Part shown: positions 7,733-15,840 of the stretch, piece after piece | Position numbering within the stretch: position 1 is the first letter of the stretch | Layout of the letters: every line of letters begins with the position of its first letter | Assembly (NCBI GenBank): GCA_035687045.1 | Contig: DASRYU010000177.1 | Location: 1-54,407 of the forward strand | DNA length: 54,407 bases | Reading direction: 5' to 3' | DNA from: Thermoplasmatota archaeon | GTDB taxonomy: Archaea; Thermoplasmatota; SW-10-69-26; JACQPN01; JAJPHT01 | Notes under the pieces: generated by a model | What the model was told of the DNA's origin: nothing | Seen by the model: the letters and a program-made list of their open reading frames with translations, nothing else | Database searches by the model: none | Translations under genes and position numbers: made by a program

Positions 7733-8775
7733 CAGGCCACCGCCCCGCTCGCGCGAAGGCGCGCGACGTCCGCGTCGGAGTATCCCGCCGCACGCAGCAC
7801 GAGGTCGGTGTGCTCGCCACGCTCCGGTGCGGGGCGGGGCGCGGCGCGGACGAGCGGCGTCGCGGGTCCGACCTCGGCGCGCACCTCGTCGGCCGCCAGC
7901 ACGTGCGTGATGGGGACGCCGGCCTTGCGCAGCGTCGAGACCCACTCCTTGGCGGGGCGGGAGGCGAAGAGGCGCTCCAGCACGGCGTGCCCTTCGGGGT
8001 CGTACTGGAGCATCGCGTTGACGCCTGTCGCCTCGGCGAAGCGCTCGAAGAAGCGCGCCTCGAGCGCCGCGAACGCGACGTGGCGTCCGTCGGCGCAACG
8101 GTAGACGCGATAGCACGGGATGCTTCCCGTGAGCTCCCACGCGCCGCGCGCGTCCTCGCCCGCGCGTGCGCGCGCGAGCGGCAGCGTGTTGAGCGCCATC
8201 GCCGACTCCATGAGCGAGACCTCGACGCGCGCCCCCTTCCCGCTCCGCTCGCGCTGCCAGAGCGCGGCGAGGACGGCGCTGGCGCCATAGAGCGCGCCCC
8301 CCATGTCGGCGACCTGCGTCGGCGGCGGGCGCGGCTCGGCGCCGCCCAGGGTCAGGATGCCCGCGAGCGCCTGGTAGTTGAGGTCGTGCCCCACCTCGTC
8401 GCGGTGCTCGCCGGGAGGATATCCGACGAGCGAGAGGCGCACGAGGCGCGGGTTGACGCGCGCGAGCGTCGCGTCGTCGAGCCCGAGGCGGTCCATGACA
8501 CCGGGGCGGAAGCTCTCGACAAGCACGTCGCTTCGCTCCGCGAGCCGCAGCGCGACCTCGCGTCCGGCCTCCGTCTTGAGGTCGACGACGATGCTGCGCT
8601 TGCCGCCGTTCAACGCCTCGAAGGCGTAGGGCATCAGGCGCGCCTCGTCGCCGACGCCGGGCGCCTCCAGCTTCACGACCTCCGCGCCAAGCTCGGCGAG
8701 AAGCTGTGTCAGGAAGGGGCCGGGCAGGAGGCGCGAGAGGTCGAGGACTTGGAGCCCCGCGAGCGTGCCGTGCAC
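7732..8775 (-). CDS. Family III CoA-transferase (CaiB/BaiF, alpha-methylacyl-CoA racemase-like)
   Basis: ORF 7732..8775. The N-terminus LAGLQVLDLSRLLPGPFLTQLLAELGAEVVKLE and the motifs GKRS..DLK and HDLNY are typical of the family. Its TGA stop overlaps the ATG of the downstream peptidase (TGATG). Confidence 0.9.
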   Translation of the reverse strand: MHGTLAGLQVLDLSRLLPGPFLTQLLAELGAEVVKLEAPGVGDEARLMPYAFEALNGGKRSIVVDLKTEAGREVALRLAERSDVLVESFRPGVMDRLGLDDATLARVNPRLVRLSLVGYPPGEHRDEVGHDLNYQALAGILTLGGAEPRPPPTQVADMGGALYGASAVLAALWQRERSGKGARVEVSLMESAMALNTLPLARARAGEDARGAWELTGSIPCYRVYRCADGRHVAFAALEARFFERFAEATGVNAMLQYDPEGHAVLERLFASRPAKEWVSTLRKAGVPITHVLAADEVRAEVGPATPLVRAAPRPAPERGEHTDLVLRAAGYSDADVARLRASGAVA

Positions 8776-8819
8776 GCGCGGCGTACGCGCCGACGCGCCA
8801 TCAACCCGTCGTCGCGCGA

Positions 8820-10043
8820 CTACCGGCGTCGGCGCAGCGCGAACGCGGCGCCTCCCGCGGCGAGGACGCCGAGGGCGACGCCGCCGGCCGCGATCGGATG
8901 CCAGGCCGCGCCCGCCTCGCCCGCGGCGCCGCCGACGACGAGGATGCCCTCGTTCGGCGGCGTGCGGAAGCCGTCGTAGACGACGTGCGCGACGAGCCTC
9001 AGCGGCCCGGCGACGGGGCTTGTGAAGTAGGCGACGAGCTCAATGCTCTCGCCCGCCGCGACGGAGAGCTCCTCGCTCGAGAACACGCCGACGAGCCGGT
9101 CCCCCTGCCAGGCTTCGCCGACGAGGCGCGCCCGTGCGATGGCGGAGGCGCCCGTGTTCTCGAAGTGCCCGCCCACGCGGATCGGGTAGCCGGCGAAGGT
9201 GCTGGGCTCGTGCTGCAGGAAGCGCAGCGTGCCTTCCTTGCCCAGCGTGCCCGGCGGGACGACCTTGAAGCTCGTCTCCGCGAGCGGCGGCGCGTCGTCC
9301 GGCCGCACGAGGACCCGATAGGTGCCTTCGGGGAGTGGCGCGGGAAGCGGGATGCGCAGCTCGCCGCGCTCGCCCGGCCTCAGGCGCGTCGCGTTCGAGG
9401 CGCTCGCGATCTCCGCGCCCGCGGCGTCGAGCACGTGCGCGGTGGCGCGCGCCTGCGTGCGCACGTTCCCTTCGTTCGTCACGCCGACGGCGACGACGGG
9501 CGGCGTGCCCGCCTCGACGTCGCGCGCGTCGGCCGCGAGGAAGCGCAGCTGGACGAGCTGGTCGCCGCCGACGTCCACGTGGAGCGGCACGGCGACCGCG
9601 TACCGGAGCGCGAAGCCGCTTCCGCCGGGCTGCTCCTTCGGCGCGCCCACGAAGCGCAGCATCCCCTCATGCGGCCCGTTCGGCGTCTCCGGCGGCACGA
9701 CGAGGACGACGCGCAGCCTCTCGTTCGTGCGCGGCGGGAGCAGGACGTCCTCCGCGGGCTCCACGCGCGCCCACTCGCCCACCTCCCCCTCGCGCTCGAG
9801 GACGAAGCGCGAGGGCGTGTCGAACTGGTTCTGGAGCGTCACCTCGCGGACGTACGTCTCGCCGCGCTGAGCGGACGAGACGACAACCTCCGTGGGGGTG
9901 ACGCCGAGGCTCTCCCCCTCCGCGGCGCCGCCCGTGGGGAGCGCGAACGAAAGAAGGAGCGCCGCGAGCGCGAGGGCGCGAGCTGCGGGAGCCATCGGCC
10001 GCGGGTGGCGCCTTCGCCGGGAAGAAGGTATCCCGAGCGTCAT
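8820..10043 (-). CDS. Exported protein with three Ig/CARDB-like beta-sandwich modules and a C-terminal TM anchor ending in RRRR
   Basis: ORF 8820..10448, trimmed to ATG 10043 (MTLGIPSSRRRRHPRPMAPAARALALAALLL, possibly Tat-type; an alternative start is M17 at 9995). Repeated modules look like VGVTNEGNV..PGE..L.IPLP..EGTY. The C-terminus is IAAGGVALGVLAAGGAAFALRRRR. An ATGA overlap joins it to the upstream gene. Confidence 0.75.
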   Translation of the reverse strand: MTLGIPSSRRRRHPRPMAPAARALALAALLLSFALPTGGAAEGESLGVTPTEVVVSSAQRGETYVREVTLQNQFDTPSRFVLEREGEVGEWARVEPAEDVLLPPRTNERLRVVLVVPPETPNGPHEGMLRFVGAPKEQPGGSGFALRYAVAVPLHVDVGGDQLVQLRFLAADARDVEAGTPPVVAVGVTNEGNVRTQARATAHVLDAAGAEIASASNATRLRPGERGELRIPLPAPLPEGTYRVLVRPDDAPPLAETSFKVVPPGTLGKEGTLRFLQHEPSTFAGYPIRVGGHFENTGASAIARARLVGEAWQGDRLVGVFSSEELSVAAGESIELVAYFTSPVAGPLRLVAHVVYDGFRTPPNEGILVVGGAAGEAGAAWHPIAAGGVALGVLAAGGAAFALRRRR

Positions 10044-10891
10044 GGGGCCGCGACGGCGGAGACGGTGAGCTCGCCGACGTAGACGCCGGGGCGCAGGCCG
10101 GCAGGCACCTGCATGCTGAAGTAGAGCGGCGCGGTCGCGTTCGCCGCGATCGAGAGCCCCGGCACGGTCTGCGCGCTTGTCGAGAGCGCGACGGGGGAGC
10201 TCATGTTCTGCCAGCGCGCGGCGCGGAGGCTCGAGGGGGGCACGCTGCTCTCGTGCGTCGCGTTGGAGAGCGCCGTCGCGGCGAGCGTCACGTTCACCGG
10301 GACGTTCCCGCCGTTGGTGACGTTGACCGCGACGGGCGTGGTCTCGGCGGCGCCGGGCGCGAACCCCGCGGAGCCGGTGGGGACGAGCGAGACGTTCTCC
10401 TGCGCGAGCGCGAGCGCCGCGAGGGGCTCGTACGTGAAGTTCGTCCACGCGAGGGACACGGCGGAGTCGCGGTCGATGGCTTCCGCTCGAAGGATGTACG
10501 TTCCGGGCGTGTCGTTGCTCGCCATGGTGACGGTGGCGCGCCAGGTGGCGCGCGTGCCGCTCGCGCTGAGCTTCGCCGCGTCCACGGCCTGCCGATGGAT
10601 GGTCACGTTGTCCGCCTTGAGGACGGTCACCGTGACGCGGCGCACGTCGTTGTGCCCGTTCTCGTCGTCGAGGATGATGTCCGTCGGGAACTGCCGGGGG
10701 CCGCCCGCGCGCGGGTTCACCTGCGTGCCCGGGCGGGAAGGGTCGTCGTCGCCGCTGGAGGCGTCGGGTCGCTGCGCCTGCGGGGCGCGGGCGACGACCT
10801 CGACGCGCGAGGGCGCGCTCTGCGCGAGCCCCGCGAGGAGGATGGCGGCGACGACAAGGAAGGCGAAGGCGCGGGCGCGCAGGAGTCTCAC
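10040..10891 (-). CDS. Secreted two-domain beta-sandwich protein (paralogue A2), sequon-rich
   Basis: GTG 10891 lies in a GTGA overlap with the upstream stop codon. The signal peptide is RLLRARAFAFLVVAAILLAGLAQS. It carries LDDENGHND, VNVTNGGNVPVNVTLAATAL and a C-terminal GVYVGELTVSAV strand, plus 8 N-x-S/T sequons. Confidence 0.75.
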   Translation of the reverse strand: MRLLRARAFAFLVVAAILLAGLAQSAPSRVEVVARAPQAQRPDASSGDDDPSRPGTQVNPRAGGPRQFPTDIILDDENGHNDVRRVTVTVLKADNVTIHRQAVDAAKLSASGTRATWRATVTMASNDTPGTYILRAEAIDRDSAVSLAWTNFTYEPLAALALAQENVSLVPTGSAGFAPGAAETTPVAVNVTNGGNVPVNVTLAATALSNATHESSVPPSSLRAARWQNMSSPVALSTSAQTVPGLSIAANATAPLYFSMQVPAGLRPGVYVGELTVSAVAAP

Positions 10892-11745
10892 CCCTTCACG
10901 GCGCTGACGGTGACCGTGCCGGTGTACGTGCCGCTGGGGACCCACTGCGCGTCGCCGCTCGGAACGGCCAGGCGCCAGTAGAGGCTGCGGGAGCTCGCCG
11001 CGCCGGCGCCGAGGTCGAAGCTCGAGAGCGTCGTGGAGGAGCTTCCCATCGCGGTCGCGTCGGACATGTTGCTCGCGAGCGAGTAGCGCAGGGCGGAGAC
11101 GGGGATGGAGGCGTCCTCGCTCGCGTGGGCGAGGGCCGTCGCGGCAAGCTGCGTGTCCACCTGGACGTTGCCCGCGTTCTGCACGGCGAGCGCGAGGATG
11201 TCGCTCTGCGCGGCGGGGGCGACGCTCGCGCCGAAGTTGAACGTGCTGCGGTCGAGCTGGATGGCGGCAAGCTCCGCGTACGCGAAGACGAGCGGCGAGA
11301 CGAGGTTCGTCCCGGTGGCGCCCTGCTTGTCGGTGGCGGTCACGCGCAGCTGGTATCCCGTCTCCAGCGCGGCGGGCGCGTCGTGGAAGCGCATGGGGAA
11401 GACGTAGCGGTAGGTCGCGGCCGTCCCGGCGGAGCACGAGACGTAGCTCGCCGCCGAGCTTGCGGTGTGGACGGCTCCGCCTGGGGTGCGCACTTCGGCG
11501 ACGACGCTCGCGAGGTCGTTGCAGCCGTTGAGGTCCGTGATGACGAGCGTCGCCGTGACGTTCGTGACGCCGCCGGCGGTGGGGGAGACGCTCGTGGAGG
11601 GGAGCGCCGCGCTCGTGACGGTGGGGGCGGCGTTCGTGATGGTGATGCTCGTCGTGGCGCCCAGCACGGTCGCGGGCACGAGCAGGAGCGCGGCGAGCGC
11701 GAGGCCGACCCGGCGGAGCGCGCGGGACGCGGAGGAGCGAGACAT
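10888..11745 (-). CDS. Secreted two-domain beta-sandwich protein (paralogue A1)
   Basis: ORF 10888..12312, trimmed to ATG 11745 (MSRSSASRALRRVGLALAALLLVPATVLG). It carries ITDLNGCND, VQNAGNVQVDTQLAATAL and a C-terminal SGTYTGTVTVSAV strand. It is clearly paralogous to 10040..10891. Confidence 0.75.
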   Translation of the reverse strand: MSRSSASRALRRVGLALAALLLVPATVLGATTSITITNAAPTVTSAALPSTSVSPTAGGVTNVTATLVITDLNGCNDLASVVAEVRTPGGAVHTASSAASYVSCSAGTAATYRYVFPMRFHDAPAALETGYQLRVTATDKQGATGTNLVSPLVFAYAELAAIQLDRSTFNFGASVAPAAQSDILALAVQNAGNVQVDTQLAATALAHASEDASIPVSALRYSLASNMSDATAMGSSSTTLSSFDLGAGAASSRSLYWRLAVPSGDAQWVPSGTYTGTVTVSAVKG

Positions 11746-11864
11746 GTCAGGCTCCTCTCGCTCGCTCCCCCTACTCATCCGGTCTGCCCGTGCCCCATTG
11801 ACGCAGCGGTGCAGTGGCGCAGGCGCGGCCGCTCGCCCGGCTGGCGGCCCGGCTGGCGCCCGCG

Positions 11865-12302
11865 CTACGGGATGAGCGTCACGCGCACGTTCGCCCGCTC
11901 CGAGATGGCGGCCGCGTTCGGGCCCACTTCGACGTGCCCCGGCTGGTACGATTTGTGGCCGATCACGATCTCCGTGGCGCCCAGCTCTGCCGCGGCGCGC
12001 ACGAACTCGTCGACCGTCTCGCCCGCCCGCACCTCCGCGAGCACCTTCACGCCGGACGCGGCGAGCGCCCCCGCCTGCTCCTCCAGCCGCTTGCGCGCGG
12101 CCTCCTCGAACGTGCGCGAGAGCTCGGGGGGCAGCGCGAGGCCGGCGGGCAGCAGGTCGGTGAGCGTCGAGCGCGCCACCTGCGCGGGGACGATGGTGAG
12201 GAGGACAAGCTCGTGCTTCTCGGCGCGCGCGCGTTCCGCCGCGTGGGCGAGCGCGCGCTGGGAGACCGGGGAGCCATCGATGCCGACGAGGATGCGGCCC
12301 AT
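11865..12302 (-). CDS. Universal stress protein (UspA family)
   Basis: ORF 11865..12302. MGRILVGIDGSPVSQRALAHA.., ..GATEIVIGHK.. and the 145-aa length are typical of the family. Confidence 0.85.
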   Translation of the reverse strand: MGRILVGIDGSPVSQRALAHAAERARAEKHELVLLTIVPAQVARSTLTDLLPAGLALPPELSRTFEEAARKRLEEQAGALAASGVKVLAEVRAGETVDEFVRAAAELGATEIVIGHKSYQPGHVEVGPNAAAISERANVRVTLIP

Positions 12303-12323
12303 GCGCCCGCATACGCCGAAGGG

Positions 12324-12330
12324 CTTATCA
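12324..12330. promoter_or_regulatory. Shared TATA-like element of a divergent leaderless promoter pair (usp / mcm)
   Basis: CTTATCA is the only AT-rich patch in the 52-nt divergent spacer. Its centre is 25 nt from the usp ATG (12302) and 28 nt from the mcm ATG (12355). Confidence 0.4.
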
Positions 12331-12354
12331 CCGCCACCCCCTCATGCGAAAACG

Positions 12355-14022
12355 ATGTCGGACGACCTCGCGGCGCAGAAGAAGCGGTGGGAGGAGAAGA
12401 CGCTCAAGCCCGCCCTGGCGAAGGCCCCCGAGCGCCGCGCGTCGTTCGTCACCGCCTCGTCCAAGCCCGTCGAGCGCCTCTACGGGCCCTGGGACATCCC
12501 GGGCTTCGACCACGACCGCGACCTCGGCTATCCGGGCGAGTTCCCCTTCACGCGCGGCGTCCAGGCGACCATGTACCGCGGCCGCCTCTGGACCATGCGC
12601 CAGTTCGCCGGCTACGGAACCGCCGAGGAGACCAACGAGCGCTTCAAGTTCCTCCTCTCGCAGGGGCAGACCGGCCTCTCCACCGCGTTCGACTTCTGCA
12701 CGCTCCAAGGCTTCGACTCCGACCACCCCTGGTCGCAGGGCGAGGTCGGGAAGGTCGGCGTCGCCATCGACACCGTGGAGGACATGGAGACGCTCTTCGC
12801 GGACATCCCGCTCGACAAGGTCAGCGTCTCGATGACCATCAACGGCCCCGCGCCCATCCTCTGGGCGATGTACCTCGCGGCGGCCGAGAAGCGCGGCTTC
12901 GCCCTCGACAAGCTCGCGGGCACGACGCAGAACGACATCCTGAAGGAATACCAGGCGCAGAAGATGTTCATCTTCCCGCCCGGGCCCTCGCTCCGGCTCG
13001 TCCTCGACACGTTCGAGTTCGGCTCCAAGCGCGTCCCGCTGTGGAACACCATCAGCATCTCGGGCTACCACATCCGCGAGGCGGGCTCGACGGCGCAGCA
13101 GGAGCTCGCCTTCACGCTCGCCAACGGCATGACCTACGTCCGCATGGCGAAGGAGCGCGGCCTCGACCCCGACGAGTTCGGCCCGCGCCTCTCCTTCTTC
13201 TTCAACAGCCACAACGACTTCTTCGAGGAGATCGCGAAGTTCCGCGCCGCGCGCCGCATCTGGGCGAAGTTCATGCGCGACGAGATCGGCTGCAAGAACC
13301 CGCGCGCGTGGCTCCTCCGCTTCCACACGCAGACCGCCGGCGTGAGCTGCACGGCGCAGCAGCCGGAGAACAACATCGTCCGCACGACGATCCAGGCGCT
13401 CGCGGCGGTGCTGGGCGGGACCCAGTCGCTCCACACGAACTCCTTCGACGAGGCGCTCGCGCTCCCCACCGAGAAGGCCGTGCGCATCGCGCTTCGCACG
13501 CAGCAGATCCTCGCGCACGAGTCGGGCGTGGCGAACACGATCGACCCGCTGGGCGGCAGCTACTTCGTCGAGACGCTCACGAACGAGATGGAAGAGGCCG
13601 CGAACAAGTACTTCGACCAGATCGAGAAGATCGGCGGCGTCGTCGCGGGCATCGAGAAGGGCTGGTTCCAGCAGCAGATCGCCGAGTCCTCCTACCGCTA
13701 CGTGAAGGAGATCGAGCGCAAGGAGCGCATCATCGTCGGCGTCAACGAGTACACGATCGAGGAGGAGCCGATGAGCGAGATCCTCAAGATCTCCGAGGAC
13801 TCCGAGAAGCGCCAGCTCGAGCGCCTCGCCCGCGTGAAGCGCACGCGCGACCAGAAGAAGGTCGACGACGCGCTCCACAGGCTCCAGGTCGCCTGCGAGA
13901 AGGAGGCCGAGAACCTCATGCCCTACCTCATCGAGGCCGCGCACGCGTACGCGACGCTCGGCGAGATCCGCGAGGCGATGGTCAAGATCTACGGAGAGTA
14001 CCGCGAGCCGGCCATCTTCTGA
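12355..14022 (+). CDS. Methylmalonyl-CoA mutase, large catalytic subunit (no B12-binding domain)
   Basis: This is the 3' part of ORF 11125..14022, starting at ATG 12355 (MSDDLAAQKKRWEEK). Motifs are FPFTRGV, TMRQFAGYGTAEETNERFKFLL, GQTGLSTAFD and NDILKEY. At 555 aa it matches the split archaeal-type large subunit. Confidence 0.92.
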   Translation: MSDDLAAQKKRWEEKTLKPALAKAPERRASFVTASSKPVERLYGPWDIPGFDHDRDLGYPGEFPFTRGVQATMYRGRLWTMRQFAGYGTAEETNERFKFLLSQGQTGLSTAFDFCTLQGFDSDHPWSQGEVGKVGVAIDTVEDMETLFADIPLDKVSVSMTINGPAPILWAMYLAAAEKRGFALDKLAGTTQNDILKEYQAQKMFIFPPGPSLRLVLDTFEFGSKRVPLWNTISISGYHIREAGSTAQQELAFTLANGMTYVRMAKERGLDPDEFGPRLSFFFNSHNDFFEEIAKFRAARRIWAKFMRDEIGCKNPRAWLLRFHTQTAGVSCTAQQPENNIVRTTIQALAAVLGGTQSLHTNSFDEALALPTEKAVRIALRTQQILAHESGVANTIDPLGGSYFVETLTNEMEEAANKYFDQIEKIGGVVAGIEKGWFQQQIAESSYRYVKEIERKERIIVGVNEYTIEEEPMSEILKISEDSEKRQLERLARVKRTRDQKKVDDALHRLQVACEKEAENLMPYLIEAAHAYATLGEIREAMVKIYGEYREPAIF

Positions 14023-14157
14023 TGGCGGCGCGAGCCGCGCCAGCGACGAGGCGGCCAGACCGCTCTTGGCCCTCGCCGGCGGACGCCTACCCGTGACCTA
14101 CGACCTGCCCATCCCCAAGTCCAAGGCGCTCCCGACGAACCAGTCGCGCGAGAAGCG

Positions 14158-15084
14158 TCACCGGCGCTTTCCGCGCGGCGGCCGCTGAAGCGCGAGCGCC
14201 AGCACGAGCGCGAGCGTCGCGAGGAACGGCGTGGCTGGCACCGCCTGCTTGAGACGCTCGCCCGGGCCCAGTATGTGCGACCATTCGCGGCTCGCCACGT
14301 CGCAGGCCCACGACTCGTCCGTCCCCCAGCGGCGGTTCTCGCAGCCGGTCTGGACGACGGCGGTGGGCGCGAGCGTCGCGCCGTCGGCCGTGCGGTAGCG
14401 CGCGACGACCTCGTCCCAGAGCGTGTACGCGTCCCCCTCGCGGAGCGGCAGCGTCGCGACGGCGACGATGGGCTCGCGCCCCGGCCCGCTCGCGACGTGC
14501 GCGGGGTCCGGGCCGGCGACGGCGCAGCTCTCGCAGAGGTAGGTCGAGCCCATCGTGATCCACACGCGAAGCTCCGCGTGGCCCAGCCACGACGCGAGCG
14601 GCAGGACGGCGCGCTCCACGCGCGCGGTGCCATCCTCCTGCGGCGCGACGGTGAGCGTGCGGTCGAGAAGCGGCACCGGCAGCGCGCCCTCCGGCGTCGT
14701 GCCCACGGTCGACTCCGGCGCGCCGCCGGCGAAGCCCATGATGCACGCGCACTCGGCGCCGAAGCCGGGCGGCTCGCCCTGCACGATGGCGGCCCAGAAC
14801 CCTTCCTGCGTGGGGGTGAGGCGCCACTCGCGCTCGATGACCTCGCCCGCCGAGCCGCGCGCGTCCCATGCGTCCCCCTCGACGATGACCCACTCGGGCG
14901 TGCGGAGGACGAGGCGCGCGTCGAGCTCCGAGTTCACGCGCACGCGCACGATGGCCTCCACGGCGTCGCCGACGGCGCCGGAGCCCGAGACGGTGGCGCC
15001 CTCGAAGACCCACGGCGGCGTGGGCTGCGACGCCAGCGCCGCGGGCGCGAGCGCGAGAAGCAGCAGGACGGGGAGCGCGCGCAT
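14158..15084 (-). CDS. Exported hypothetical protein with a C-terminal membrane anchor
   Basis: ORF 14158..15084. The signal peptide is MRALPVLLLLALAPAALASQ. Several Cys pairs are present. The C-terminus is PFLATLALVLALALQRPPRGKRR. Confidence 0.65.
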   Translation of the reverse strand: MRALPVLLLLALAPAALASQPTPPWVFEGATVSGSGAVGDAVEAIVRVRVNSELDARLVLRTPEWVIVEGDAWDARGSAGEVIEREWRLTPTQEGFWAAIVQGEPPGFGAECACIMGFAGGAPESTVGTTPEGALPVPLLDRTLTVAPQEDGTARVERAVLPLASWLGHAELRVWITMGSTYLCESCAVAGPDPAHVASGPGREPIVAVATLPLREGDAYTLWDEVVARYRTADGATLAPTAVVQTGCENRRWGTDESWACDVASREWSHILGPGERLKQAVPATPFLATLALVLALALQRPPRGKRR

Positions 15085-15176
15085 GCCCCCGACGACGCGG
15101 GGCGGACTTTCAATCCTCCGGCAAGCCTCCGCGACCCGCCGGAAGCCACAAGCGCGCCCGCGCGCGTGGCGCCGAC

Positions 15177-15542
15177 GTGGCGAACATCGAGCTTCTCGAG
15201 GAGGCGTGCGCCGCGCTCCCGCACACGACGCGCGCGATGTTCGGCGGGCACGGCCTCTTCGCGCCCAACGGCGGCATCTTCGCGGCCGTCGTCGACGACG
15301 ACCGCATCATCCTCAAGTTCGCCGACGACGCGGCGCGCGCGGAGCTCGAGGCGCTCGGCGGCGAGCCGTGGACGTACGCCGGCCGCATGACGATGCGCGA
15401 GTGGATCGTCATCCCCGACAGGCTCTACGACGAGCCGCACGAGCTTGCTTCGTGGGCGAAGCGCGCGCACGCCCTCGCGCCGCCGAAGAAGGCCGCCGGG
15501 AAGAAGGCCGCGGGGAAGAAAGCGGCCGGCGGGAAGCGGTAG
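15177..15542 (+). CDS. TfoX N-terminal domain family protein with a KKAAG-repeat tail
   Basis: ORF 15177..15542. The pattern ..RAMFGGHGLFAPNGGIFAAVVDDDRIILKF.. matches TfoX_N. The C-terminus is PPKKAAGKKAAGKKAAGGKR. Confidence 0.7.
   Translation: MANIELLEEACAALPHTTRAMFGGHGLFAPNGGIFAAVVDDDRIILKFADDAARAELEALGGEPWTYAGRMTMREWIVIPDRLYDEPHELASWAKRAHALAPPKKAAGKKAAGKKAAGGKR
15486..15530 (+). repeat. 15-bp tandem repeat x3 encoding (KKAAG)3
   Basis: The units are aagaaggccgccggg, aagaaggccgcgggg and aagaaagcggccggc, in frame within the TfoX-like CDS. Confidence 0.8.
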
Positions 15543-15840
15543 CCGCCGCTCGGGAGGAAAGGAAGGCCGGGCCCCGGAAAATGTTGGGGAGGTTGGGGAG
15601 GCTGCTGGAGGAGGCGTGTACGGAGCCCGGCATTCGCGAAGGCGATGGCGTCGGCGCGAGGCGCCGGCGCGGACGCGCCCGCAGGCACGTCGAGCGTCGG
15701 CGCGGGTGTCCGCGCGATGGCCTTCGACGGCGCTGAAGGTGGCGCGGCATGTCTTGGCGATGACGCGGCCACTCGTGGGGGTGGTCGCCGAGCGCCGCGT
15801 GGAAGCGCGTGTCACGGACGTTCTGCGCAACGTTCGGATG

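Noticed and set aside
5855-8104. A 749-aa plus-strand ORF spanning the two signal peptidase genes and part of the CoA-transferase gene.
   Set aside because: It is antisense to three well-supported genes. The translation is repetitive Arg/Gly/Ala/Asp/Val text with no recognisable domain.
15581-15800. A possible decayed second copy of the TfoX-like gene. LLEEAC and RAM.F.G-like strings appear in two frames of the spacer.
   Set aside because: The shared DNA is only about 13 nt (GAGGAGGCGTG). Beyond that, identity is about 45%, which is close to chance for this base composition, and reading it as one gene requires a frame shift. The evidence is insufficient.
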